This document shows, in pieces, positions 11,965 to 25,078 of a stretch of DNA of 64,000 nucleotides (positions are counted from its first letter, which is position 1; every line of letters starts with the position of its first letter). This stretch comes from Paramecium tetraurelia. Its lineage: Eukaryota. The DNA lies in the NCBI GenBank assembly GCA_000165425.1, contig CT868463.1, forward strand, positions 310,001 through 374,000, read 5' to 3'. Both the position numbers and the translations under genes were made by a program. The notes below the pieces were generated by a model. That model did not search any database, had not been told where the DNA came from, and saw nothing but the letters and a program-made list of their open reading frames with translations.

Positions 11965-13490
11965 TCAGTATGGAATTGAGGTCATCATTTTTTTGAGTTT
12001 TGCATGCTATAATAAAATAATGGTATCATCAAATCTCATGTTCATATGCTTACAATTTAATACAATTATAATATAATAATCCATTTCATTAGAACGGTAA
12101 GCACTTGCTAAACATGGACCAGCCGATTCAGTAATACCAGTCTTAATTCCAAAAAACCCTTTATCTAATAATTTGTTTGTGTTTTTCCATTCATATTATT
12201 TATAAAGTGATTTTGTCACATATTCTTTAGAAGAAATTACAGTCTAGAATAGTTCATACTTTAGACATTCTATAGATAGAGTGATGATATCATTGCAACA
12301 AGAATACTAATTTATATCCTTTTTTTACATTATCTTCATTAGCCAATCCATGTACACATGCAAATTGAGTGTTCTATTATCCAATTTACGATGAATATTT
12401 ATTCATGTGTTTGATGAAAACTTCAATAGGACAATATTGGAATCTAAATTCATGATTATAAAAATATCCTTCAGCACTTAATTGTTCGATATCAATTAAT
12501 TTAAGATCCAGCCTCTTATTTTATTAGTTAAACAATCTAATCAAGTCAATAGATATATTATTTTTACATAATAGTTCCAATGGCTTAGGCAATAAGAACT
12601 GCAGCATCATTTCCTGAAGGTAACATTAATCCATAGAGTAAATCCTCCATTGATAAAATGTCATTATATTTTAATTCAGCAGTTGTGCCTATTGTCTCAG
12701 ATGATTTTTTTGTCACTTTAACTTTTATCTATTTCACATCAAGATTGTATAATTCGATAGTGAGCAAAGTCACATAAAAAGTCATGATTTTAGTTATGCT
12801 GGCTACTTCAACTCTTTTATTGCTCTTTCTTTTCAAGACTGTTTTATGTTCAATGCAATCGTAAACAATAAAACTTTTCGCAGTGACATTTAATTTTCTT
12901 TTTCTAGCCTTACCATAATAGGAATCCATTATGTTTTTAGTCAGATTGGATTATTGGGTATTTGCTATTTAAGAACTTGAATCCTTGCTACTTCCCGTGG
13001 TAGTAGAGTTACAAGTATAATTTTTATTTGATATATTACTATTGGATTTCAATTTCGGAGAAATCAGTGACCTTTTTGTATCTGTGTTTTGAGGTGATTG
13101 TATCATATTATTGGTTCGACTTAAATCGATTAGTTTAGCTTGAGTATTGATAATTGCCAAAGGTATTTGTGGTAAACTGCTTAATGGATTATTTTATCTA
13201 GTTTTATTGGAGGTTTCTCTTTCAGTTTTAGTAATCTATCTATCCTTCTCCAAATATTATTACTAAAAGGGTAGTGAATATAAGGAATCATTTTTAATCC
13301 TTTAATTATTCACAATCATTTGGGATTGAAATTCTGTGGCTATCTGTGGAATCTTCGTATAACTCTTTAGTAACTTAATTGTCTTGGTTTATTCTATAAG
13401 CTATATTTTTCTTGAGGGCGGATGCAATAAAGCTGGATTTATAAAATCAATCAAATTTACGCTGTTAGATGATGTTTTTTTCCCAATCAT
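11965..13490 (-). CDS. Serine-type D-Ala-D-Ala carboxypeptidase-like protein (peptidase S11, PBP5/DacA family)
   Basis: ASITKIMT (SxxK), LLYGLMLPSGNDAA (SxN), FACVHGL, WKNTNKLL, GIKTGITESAGPCLAS (KTG); introns at 12307-12328 and 12537-12567. Confidence 0.92.
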
Positions 13491-14073
13491 TATTAAATTA
13501 AAATATTATTAAATTATAGAAAAAGTAAGGAGTTAATATTCAATAATCTATTACAATATACTTTAAAAGATTAAATGTGTTTAAATTTATTCTGTAAAAT
13601 ATATAACTTAAATAACTTCCTAATGAATTATTTTAATAAATATTTAATAATATTAGTTATAAATTAATTTTATAAAATATTAAAGGTTAATAGTAAAACA
13701 TATAATAAAAATTAAATTTAAAAGAAGCAAAAACAAAACCATGTAAAAATGCAAGATTATATAGCAAATTCTTATTTATTTTGCTAATTGTAAACCTGAA
13801 ATTATAATATGATCGAGCCCTGAAATTTCTATTTCCACTCTCAATCATATTAATGTAATTCACTTATATATAAACTTTGAAATTTATAAAACTATTTTAT
13901 ATGATTTTATCTATTAGACAAATAAAAGTATAGACATATCAACCAAAGTTTATTCTCACTTGATATTCTCTAGAATCTAAATTTATTTTTCTTGAAATCA
14001 TTATTTATTTATTATAAATCTAATAACAATTAGAATGACAATATAAATTGAATCTAAATAAAATAAATATAAA

Positions 14074-16095
14074 TCAAATAATGATCTTTAGTTGCTCGCA
14101 ATATTTTTATATTTAAGCATAATTTTGTGAATCTTGATATTCTAAGTATCTTTCATAACTAAATTCTTTGTTTTCACATACTAGTACAGGCAGTTGAGTT
14201 ATTATGATTGAAGCCTCTAGTGAAAGCTAAAGTTTTAGCCATTCAATAGGTTCTCTTGATACTCCTCTTTTTTCAACAACAGCCAGAAGTAATTAATCCT
14301 TCATGTAAGATAAACAAATTGGTTAGATGTTAGAATCTAAATTGTCATTGAGAAACCACATTACTTTTTCTCTCTTAGTCTTATCAAGTTAATTGGCTTT
14401 AGTTTGAGCAGCATTCATAATAAGAATCATTTCATTTCTGACTAGACAATTATCGGATTTGATACGAGTCAAGAATTTCAGATATTCTCTGGAATTGCAT
14501 ACTTCCTTCCATTGAGCTATATTGAATGAGTTTATTTGAGCTTCAAGAAATTTTTCAACCTCCATTCTAAGTTAGAGCATTCTTTTGAATACCAGAAATA
14601 AGGGAATAATCCAAAAGTTTTATAGTGCATCCAAGAATTCAATAGCTTTGGCAACAGTTTAACCGATGATGTTAATGCATTCAAGAGATCTTAAATAATT
14701 TTAAGTGAGAATCTCAATTTCGACTTGAGGTCTTTTGATTAATTAGATGTAATTATCTGGCTGAGCAACTTCATCAGAATGTTAAGCAGGTGAATTGGAG
14801 TCTTGAGATAGACGCCTCAAGCTTCGAGCCTTATATTGTTTAATAGCCATTCTAATTGAACTTACTCTTGATCTCATTTTATCGTACTCGATTTCTTATT
14901 GTGAGAGTCTTCGACTAAGTTTCTTATCTTCAGAATCATCAATTCTTTGAGTGAGACCATTACCTGATAGATTGGATCCAGTTCTAAGACTTCGAAGATC
15001 GCAACTCAATTGAAAAGTATGATCGGATTGTTTGGTAGCAAATTTAAGTCTCATTTTACTATTTGAAAAGAAGTTGTTGATTGGTTTAGCATTTTTGACC
15101 GAAGGATTGCATCTTTGCTTGTGTTCTTCAATAAATTTATTTTTATACAAAGATGAAATTTTGCTGAGAAGAGATTAATTAGAAGTAGATTGATTGCTAT
15201 TAGATGTACTTTCAGGTAAAAGTAATGAATTTCTTTAGGTTTTTCTACTTGATTATTTACTACTAAGTCGAGAAGCAGGTCTGATTTTGAGATCTGACAT
15301 TGATCTAACTTCATACAATTTTAGGATTGCTTTGCATTTAGGGTCATCTCTAAAAGCCGAATGATGAGGTATTTAGTCCCAGGCAATAGGATTTTCAGGA
15401 TTTAGAAGTTATTACAACAAGGAGATGATGGATTGTTTTTTAGTAGTTACTAATGAAACAAGGTCTAATTTTCCTCCATTGACCCATATTGATATGCGTT
15501 TGTTGATTTCGTTTATTATAAATGATCCATTAGTCATCACTAAGTACATGATACCTAAGGACCATTAATATTAGGACAGGCATTGCTTGCCTTTCAGAAT
15601 CATCGGGTTCCAATAAGCACAATAATTCTCTGTCCTCTTTCTTAATCCAAAGTCTAATACTACTATGGAATCACCGTTGCGCATAATATTCTCAAGTGTA
15701 CAGTCTCTGGGTGGTTAACCTTTGTATATGTCATATGCAAAATATATTCTAAGAAGATGTTGTATGTTTCCACCTGTCAGTTACCAATCTACGCAATTAT
15801 CGAATAAGACATCCGTAAAGGTTGGTGTTCTTATTACCTAAACTATCATTGGAAGCATGTTGTAAACAGGTTTGACAAACTTCCCTTCAATCTTAGATTT
15901 GACTCTCTAATGCTGCTCTAAAAATCTCAGTTCTTGCTCTATAGAGGCTGAGTCGTTGAATCTTGCTATCAACACTTATTCATTAGACAATCTGATGTGA
16001 CCGCGAAATGCTGACCATTATTATCCTTTCCAAATAGGAAATGTAATTACATAAGCACACATATATATAAACTAATTATTTGGGTGATTTTTCAT
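14074..16095 (-). CDS. Probable pseudokinase with a long C-terminal extension
   Basis: PRDCTLENIMRNGDSIVVLDFG resembles subdomains VIb-VII; the Gly-loop and VAIK equivalents are degenerate (IWKGQQWSAFRG, VLIARF). Confidence 0.65.
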
Positions 16096-16187
16096 ATAAT
16101 GATATCCTGCATGAAATTGGATCACAATAATAAACATGCAAAAAAAAAAACGAGGGCGACCAAAAAAATAATAACAAAAATAATAAA

Positions 16188-16585
16188 ATGTCAGTCCAAC
16201 CCCCCGATCAATCTCTCTTAGAGATAGTAAATAACAAGATCGCTAATGTACCACACCTTAGTATGACAAGATCATGGCCCAAATCAAAGAGACTTATGCC
16301 TCCTTAAATGATGCCAAACTCCAAAAGTAGCAAATATCACTATCTCAAAAAAAGACACAAAAAATTGACAAAGCCAATCAAAAACTGAAACGAATTTCCA
16401 GGCATACCAGAAAACCAATCACACGAGAGTAGAAAGTTAAGGTAGAATCCCAGGAATTATAAGAGAATGTAGAAAAACTCAAATCCAAGTTTAACCAAAT
16501 ATTTAAGAAATTTATTGAAAATGTAAAGGAAGAAATTCTAAAGACTGAATAGGAGCTATTGAAAATATCGCATCAAAATATCTGA
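16188..16585 (+). CDS. Small hypothetical coiled-coil protein
   Basis: ATG 16188, one 23-nt intron, open to TGA 16583-16585. Confidence 0.65.
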
Positions 16586-16609
16586 CTTTTACACAAAGAC
16601 AGATTAATT

Positions 16610-17400
16610 TATTTCGATCAATTCCATTATCCATTAATATAAGACTTCCATTCTTCCAATATTATAATTCCTCTTCTGTCATATCTCTATCTAAGTTATT
16701 TTTTAAATAAGTTCGATTTAGTTTTAATTTAAGTAATTGTTTTCACCTTAGTTGTAACTTATGTAATTGTTGTTATATATATTCCTGATAAATAGGATTA
16801 ACTTTGTTATTACTAATTTCTACAAGTCATTTTATTTGGTGTTCTTTATATATCCCATTTTTAAGCAGTGTTGTTTATATCCTTTTATGATTGCAAGTAA
16901 TCTTGTTAAATGAGTTTTTATTAGGCATGTTTTTCAATTACCTTACAATCTATATAAATTTGGATATTCCTTAAAACCAAATTATTTTTTTCTCATCATT
17001 AATTTTAACTCTAATTATATTCTTTTCGAACACAAGTAGACTACAATATATTCAATTTCAGTCGATCTGCTATTTTATCAAAAAAAAGTATTCAATTCCC
17101 AAAGGACTCCACCATTATGCATAAACTATTACTAAATTGGCCTCTTTCTTCTATATTTCCTATTTAAAACTATTATCCATTTAATTATATTATTCTTATT
17201 CCTTTTTGGATTAATGTGCGTCCTCACTATAAATTAATAAACATAAATATGGCAAGAGCATTTCAAATTATATCGAGAATATCATGAATTATAGGAGTTC
17301 CTCTTGGATTATGGGCTGGCTTCATTACCAGAGATGAACAATATTTCCCTTCTCAAAATAGAATCGAAGAAATATATTAAGAATATTTAAAGAGAAAGTA
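16610..17400 (+). pseudogene. Possible decayed gene for a multi-pass membrane protein
   Basis: Successive hydrophobic segments (VIVFTLVVTYVIVVIY; FFSSLILTLIIFF; GLFLLYFLFKTIIHLIILFLFLFGLMCVL) lie in different frames, with an in-frame TGA at about 16888 and no clear ATG. Confidence 0.3.
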
Positions 17401-17422
17401 ATAGTGATTAAATAAAAATATA

Positions 17423-19100
17423 TCAACATTTTTTTTATATTATCTCTAAAAGTATTTCTGGTTCTTATGCTAATTTTATAAAATCTTTTCTTCTCTTTAT
17501 AGTTGAGATATTATCAACTAACTATTTCATTGTTTGGATTCTTAACAATCTACAATTATATCTAGAATGTATATATATATTATTTACTTTTTTGAAAATA
17601 ATATTAACTCAATAACATTATTGCAATTTATCTTTCGTATTAATTACTCTTCACATAAATACTTCAACCTTTACATTAGATATTAATCAGACAATATTAT
17701 CAAACTCAACAACCTGGTTGTATTTAAACAAGAGTCCAATTAATCAGTATATATATATTACAACATGTCCATAAGAGTCTAATGACAACATTCGGTAATT
17801 TCTATGTAGATTTATTCTTTGTCTCTGAATTCTTCAAAAAATAGAGTCTGAAAGTGTTCACTCCTGGCTCCTAAAATGCACCGATTGGCATAGATTTAAT
17901 GATCCTCAACAATGAATACAACATCACTCATCTAAGGATTATTGATTAATGATCTTAAATCCTAGATGAAACTGGACCTAGGCACCTAGGCATTCTTGAA
18001 TTCTAATTTGTATATATCACTTAGCAATTCGTCTCCATCATATCCACCAAAGACATAAAGAGAGTCATTGTATAATTAAAATACCATTGATGATCTTCCC
18101 TTCGGAGGTTCATGTACTTCCAATTTCTTCCAGGTCTTACTCCCAAATTCAAATTCATATAGATCATTCAATCTCGCCTACCCATTGAATCCTCCGAATA
18201 ATAATAATTTATTTTGATAAACTTCAGATGTGTGGAACTAATAAAATACAGTCGAATCTTTACATATCTAGGACAAGGAATTGTACCATGTTGACTTATT
18301 CTTTTGACTTTTCCTGTGAAGATATTTATTTTATAAAAGTCATTCAATCTATTAACTCCATCGAATCCACCAAATATGTATATTTAATTATTGAATGTAC
18401 TAAAAGAAGGGCAAGAACGAGCAGAGGGAATATCTCCTATCAATTACAATTTATTCCACACCTATTCCTCAAAATCCCAAACATATGCATCATTTAGATA
18501 ATGACTACCATCGCATCCTCCAAATATGAGCATTTTAGTTTAATATGCACCACAAGCTATGCCAAATCTTTCAGAAGGACACTAACCAGTAGGTTCAATT
18601 TTTTTCCATTGAAGAGTCTTAAGATTGAGAGAATAAAAATCATTCAACCATAATAATCCATCACACCCACCAAACACATACATGTGACCCTTATACTAGA
18701 TTGCCCCATTATTTTCTCTGGCACTTGGTTTCTGTCCTGATGTGTTTAAACGTTGCCACTAATTAGAACTAAATGAATATCTATGAACATCATCCAATCT
18801 CCCATTAAATGTGAATCCACCAAAGATATACAAAAAATCTTCATATGTAACCCAAGAACAATTGTTTCTTTAGTTTGGTACTACTTAGTCAAATCTATCT
18901 AATCGTTCCCAAGTCTATTGATCAAAATATTCGCAATCATCGATTTCGAGTTCATCATGCTTTATATACATAGAAACCGAATGGAATCTCTCATCTATCT
19001 CAAATTCTCGATCAACTCTATGCGATTGATTTATTTGCTATCTCATTAACGCCCTCTTAACTCTTAAATTGTCTTGTTCTGATGATAATCTTCTATTCAT
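17423..19100 (-). CDS. Kelch-repeat + BTB(-BACK) protein, LZTR1-like
   Basis: Six xFGG kelch repeats, then SDVVFIVEDHQIYANRCILGARSEHF (BTB) and LKYLCE. Confidence 0.92.
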
Positions 19101-21047
19101 TTAAAAAAAATATATAATTATTAAAAACAAGCCAAAGTATTTTACTACACAATTTTCTATGACTGTCACTAAAAATCTATTTATGATATAAAATAAATTG
19201 CTGTTGATTAATCCCCAACTCCTTTCATCAATAAAGAAAATGTATAATTTAATTTACTCATAATATATATTGTTATGTAAATAAATTATTATATATTTTT
19301 AATTATCAATTTAGCAACATAATAATGAAATCAAGAATTTTCAAAATAAGTCAAACTTATCTTTTCTCTCTGATAAAAATTTATTTATTTACCTATTATT
19401 CAATTCAATTCACATTATTACCTTCCCATAAAAAGTCTTGCTTTTATTCATCCTTTAAAACTTAAATAATAATCATCGCATTAGATATTGCCGAAAAATT
19501 ATGATATCTATGTACCCATATATATATATGCTAATAATTAATATATCATGTTACTGAAATGACTTCAATTCAACAGAACACTATCTCTGTTTTACTTAGC
19601 AACTTATGATTTTTTTACTAAGAATTTTTAGAATAATGAAAATTCACATTTATCAATGAATATTAATATTTTTATTTTGCAGATTTCTAAGTTTATAGCT
19701 AAGAGTGTATTTAACTTCTAGGTTCTAAGTTTTTCAATAAATAATCCACAAAAACTTAAGAATTAAGACTCGAAAGTGTGAATTGCGGTATATATTATGT
19801 AATATATAGCTCAGAGCATTTATGACAGAATTTTTATAATAATTTAGATTTTATTATAATTGAAAAGATTTATTATAGAAGTTTCAACTTTGTTAATTGT
19901 GGTTTATGATTTCATTTAATATCTATGTTTAAAACCATATAAAAGAAAGAGACTCCAAATAAGATAAAGCCATTATATAATTGTTATTATAACAAGAGTA
20001 ATTTTAAAATCTATGATATACAGAGATCAAGAACAATTCTAATCTCAAGAATAATATCAGAACAAAGAAGAAATTATGGTATTAATTGATTTGATTTTTG
20101 AAATCTTAATTTTTATTCTATTGTTTAAATTAAGTCTCAACTTTCTTAGACTCTTTCATCAATTGATTTACCTTTTGATTTCTCATATATCTTATGTTCC
20201 ATCATTTTTCTCAAAAAAATATACTGCTATGATAATAACCATGTAAGGCCATTTAATATTTTAAACTCAACAATAATCTGAAAGAAATTAATAATTTCCA
20301 GATGAAAGTTATCAAAAAAAGATAAAATCATTATATTTTCTTTGCACTACACCTACTATTTGACATCGTTTTAGGCCTTATTCGCATATATTAATAAAAC
20401 ATAAGATAATAATACTCCAACTTCGGGATTGATTAAGGCAGTTCAACTAAATTTGAGATTTACCTACTATTTTGTTAATTTACGAATCAAAAGGATGTGT
20501 GAATAACAAATAGATGAAATTACACAAACTATATTACTGAAAGTAGATGATTGCTTTGGTTTACTTAACTAAATTGTAAATTATTTTCTAAAATGGATCT
20601 AAAAATATTAATCCAAATTTCAAGTTAGAAAATCTTTAATTTACAATAGCACTCTATATAACAAAGGTTAGATTGAAATAATAATAGCATAATTTCAACT
20701 TGTAAGATTGATTAATCAATTAAGTTAATATTTCAACAAAATTTTGAAGTACTTTACCTTTTGTCAATTGAAATTAAATTAGAATTCTGTATTTATTTGT
20801 AAAGACAATACTTGATATACGAATATATAATTATTTTTAGAATATAATTTTAATAAATTCGAACCACGTTTAATATTTATAATTCTGTATATATTAGAGA
20901 TATAAATTATACTGATACTTAAACTGAAACCATTCCTTTTATATAAAGAATATAATAATTAATTGCTAATATACTATTTTCTCCAAGATATTTTACCTCA
21001 AACTAGTTACTTGAATTTTATTTAATTAATCTGCAATAAAATTTAAG

Positions 21048-22512
21048 ATGAGTTAAGAAATCTTCAAAAGTGATAATTAGAAAGTACAGCTATTAAATGA
21101 AGGTCCTTAGAGTATGAGATTAGTTACTTCAGAAACTAAATAAATAATCACCTAAGTAATTGATATCTATTAATATATATATAGCAACCAGTGATTGAAA
21201 TTTCATAACAAAAAACACTAATATAAACCTAAAACGAAGCCCCATTGAAACAAATATAATAATTGCCACCCCCAAGGATTTAAAGCCAAAATGTTTTAAG
21301 ACAGAACATGTAAATACCATAGGTGTCATATCCCGGCACCTATAGTGTACAACAAAATTGCTAATAAGCCCCTCCCTTGTGCATGAACTTAGTAGTTGTA
21401 TCAAAGGAAGAGATAGAGACTCCTTGGAGATTGGAATGTGAATATCTTTAATCAATAATTGCTGATTTGGAAAGGAGAAAGGAAGGCAAAGTAGTTGAGA
21501 AGGTAGTAGTGGAGAAGGTGACTGACAACACTCGTGTAGAGTAACTGGAATCCCAATTACGGTCTTTGAGATCGGAGAATGAAAATCTTAAAAGTTAAAT
21601 GATGTAGATGAGAAATAATTATGAATCTCAGATATAGAGTTTACGAGGGGACATTTCATTACACAGTGCCAATGCTGCAGATGCAAATTCAATGTAGGCT
21701 GAGTTCTTTGCATTGAGAACTCAATTAGAAGACTAGATTGCAGGACTAAGAAGACAATTAGCTGATCTAGAACTTCTTTATGCTCAATCGCAAAGTGACA
21801 ATGAAAGATTAAAACAATTAAATTAAAACAAGGATGCGGAGATCCAACAACTAAGATTATAATTATCTCAATTGTAGACAAGTGCTCAGGATACAAGCTA
21901 ATTGAGGGACCTAGAAAATTAATTGAGATTGGCCAGAGATGAAATTTCCAGATTAGAAAGATAATTGCAATAGGCCAACCAAGATATTTTGAATTGGAAG
22001 AACAAGTACACCACAATAGAATAGGAATCCTACAGCAAGAACAATGAACTCATTATGTAACTGAGAGATTTAGAGGTAATGCTTAATTAGATAATATGAT
22101 TAGAATAAATTAGCCATGGTTACAGTTGAATTAGATAGGTTATAAGCACAATTGTAAAGTAAAGATTCAGAACTTGAAGATTGGAGATATAGATACACTC
22201 AATTGGAATCACAAGGAACTACTGTGATTCAAGAGAAAGTGACATATTTATCATAGGAAGTCGAAGTCTGGAAATAAAAGTTCATTAAGACTAATCACGA
22301 ATACAACAAGTGTTAAGAAGAGTTGACTATGTGTTAGGCTGAATTGGAATCCCTCAAGAAGAGTTAATAGAAGAAAGTTATAAATAATTATATACTAGGA
22401 AGTGGTCGTGACCTCAAGAACTGTCACATCAAGAACAGGTAACACTTTGTCTGTTACAGGAGGAACAACTGGATCTTAATCCTAAATAAGAAGAACCGGT
22501 TAGTAAGAGTGA
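21048..22512 (+). CDS. Coiled-coil cortical/cytoskeletal protein, epiplasm (EPC1)-like motif
   Basis: Long heptad region, VVEKVVVEKV and ENKLAMVTVELDRL...KDSELEDWRYRY; family assignment from memory only. Confidence 0.7.
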
Positions 22513-22541
22513 CATTTTCATTTATATAAGAATATTAATTT

Positions 22542-23272
22542 ATGATTTAATCAGAAATTTATGATATTGAAGCCTATATGCAGATTGGACAAGGTATTTG
22601 CGTTTACTCATATTAGATGGGTATTAATTCTTGAAAAAAATTGCCCCTTTGACTCAAGAAAATCAATGGTAACCATTCTCAGAGGAAGGTGGATTTAAGA
22701 TTCACATACGTCCAGACCCAGAAACTGGTTTGTGTTTGACACGAGGAGAAGGCTTTTTACCATATACCGTTGATGAAATATTTGCCATCATCGAAGACAT
22801 ACCGATAAGACCCAAGTATGACGGAATCTGCGAATCTGTAAATCAAATTCTTAAAACTAGGGTCAAATTATTAGGAGATTCTCTGATGAATTAATGCTAT
22901 TCTACTAAAAGTTCAAATCCATGTTTTTTGTCATCAGCTCAAGAGACTTTGTTGTTATATCAAGAAAAATTGTTGAAGGTGATTTCACATATGCTATTGG
23001 GAAATCCTTGGAACATCCTAATCATCCACCTATTAAAGGTGTTGTTAGAGGAGATCTGAAAATTGGGGGATGGATTCTTGAAAAAAGAGAAGGAGTATTA
23101 TTTATATTTTAATAAATTTAATTAGGGTACATTTTGTATTTTTGTTACATGGGCTGATCCTAAAGGAATGTTACCAAAGAAGGCAGTGAATATTGTTGCT
23201 GGGGCTCAAGGAAAAGTTGTATAACAAATTAAATTACTATTGGATGAAAGAAAGAAAAATGTAAATAAATGA
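22542..23272 (+). CDS. START-domain lipid-transfer protein
   Basis: RPKYD, ISSRDFVVISRK, HPPIKGVVRG, GGWIL, ADPKGMLPKKAVN. Confidence 0.9.
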
Positions 23273-23541
23273 ATATCGATTTATTCTAATTACAATTTGT
23301 TTCACTCTAAATTCTTTCTATCTTTGATACTCTCCAAGAATAGATCCAATTTAAGTAGATATATAAGGATATCAGAATATTCGATATTATTCTACTCAAA
23401 AAAATAATTTATTTTAAAGAATTAGAATCTAAAAATAGTATTCTTTCTAAAATCCTGTCTAGCATCAAAACTAGTGCTTTACAGACATATCTATAGGTAA
23501 TACTTCATATATATAATTTGTATTGATACACATTCTATATT

Positions 23542-23939
23542 TCATACTGATTACCCTGATTGACTAAATCTAATCTTTCAAAATACTTACAATTTTCTCC
23601 ACAGCTGAATGATTCCTGTTGAAGCCATTACTGAGTTCGCAAATACAAGCATAAACTATCGAGGCTTGAGAATCCAGCACCATCTATTTTAGAGATTATA
23701 TCTAACCTTGCAAAGAGAGTTCCTGACATTGCGATTACAGACTATTGAACTGGATTTATTGTATCTACAGGCTTCTTAATGATATCATATATGTTAGCCA
23801 CCGATATCCCACATTTGGCCAAAGGACAATAGAAAAATATTGTAAATGGCCCTTTCTCCGCTTAAAACCATCTCACCATAAATTATGGCCAGAAGGTCTG
23901 AGCACAAACGAATGCTTGTAATTTCTTTATAGGTCCCAT
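23542..23939 (-). CDS. MPC: Mitochondrial pyruvate carrier (MPC2-like)
   Basis: KGPFTIFFYCPLAKCGISVANIYDIIKKPVDTINPVQQSVIAMSGTLFARWCWILKPRQFMLVFAN; two tiny introns. Confidence 0.88.
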
Positions 23940-24546
23940 AAAACTTTATTTAAATGTTATATTTATATCTTATTACTTTTCACTATTAGAATATCAATTT
24001 ATGATTCAAAAATACACTTATGATTAAGAATAATAAAGCGCATTAAAATTTGAATTCAATATAGTTTATTTGCATATTATAAGCTAAAATGGATTTTATA
24101 TAGGAATTTGCTTATTAATTTTCCAAATAAAAAGTAAACTGCTGATCATCATAGAATTAAACATTCTAAGCAGTTGCATAGCCTAAATAGAGTCCTAAAT
24201 ATAATAGAATTTAGTAAAATTGTAAAATTCTTATATAAATTTTGTTATTTAACATTACACGATTTCTATAGTTTAATTTTAATATTAAGATTAATTTATA
24301 TTTTTTCTAGATAACTAAATATTCCCTTATAATTATAAATCAAAGGATAAAAAAGGAAAGAAATTGATTGAAGTAAAAATACAGGTATTTCATATGAATA
24401 ACAGATTTTGAGGTAAAATAGGTAATAAATTTCATAATAGCATCTATAAGCATTCTCTTTTAGATTTTTATATTTATAAAACATGAATTTATATAAATTT
24501 TGAATAGAAGGAATAATATTTTAAAGTACACGTATTATTAATTAAA

Positions 24547-25078
24547 ATGAAAATTCTTTTCGTTTTTGTGACATTGATTTTCCTCTTAGAGGCAGCTAAA
24601 AAAAAGAAAAAGACTGATGACAGAAGACCAACAACTGTTGAAGCGTTACTTTATTGCAATAGTTGCTAAGCAATCGTTCGAGAAACATTAAAGAAAGTGA
24701 AAACATCAACCAGGGAATCCGATATTACAGATGCTCTATCTGAGATGTGCCAAATGAAAAATTTCAGTGTTTATGAATATCCTCCCCCTGATATGAAAAA
24801 AGGATGTGAAGCATTTATGTCTGGATGGTCAGAGGAAGTCACTGAAGCCTTGATGAACAGAAAAGGAAACGATTCAATTGAAGATGAAATTTGCTACAGA
24901 TTAACTAATGTAATCTATCTATTCTACCTTTAATTAGTCATGTAAAGATATTGAAAAGGGATAGAGAAAATAAAATGATGATTATGTCACTATTAATGGA
25001 AAGAAAGTTAAAATGGGAGATGATGGCAAAGTTGATATCAATATGAACAAACCAGCTCCAGATGATGATGATTTATGA
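24547..25078 (+). CDS. Saposin-B-like/Canopy (MSAP)-type ER protein
   Basis: N-terminal signal peptide, CNSC...C...C...C...C cysteine pattern, C-terminus DDDL. Confidence 0.78.

Noticed and set aside
11965..13490. Bacterial contamination as the source of the DD-carboxypeptidase
   Set aside because: The gene has ciliate introns, TAA/TAG Gln codons and host-like AT content, and it is flanked by eukaryotic genes
20855..20870. tRNA T-loop-like GGTTCGAAT on the minus strand
   Set aside because: The flanks are almost pure A/T and cannot form a cloverleaf
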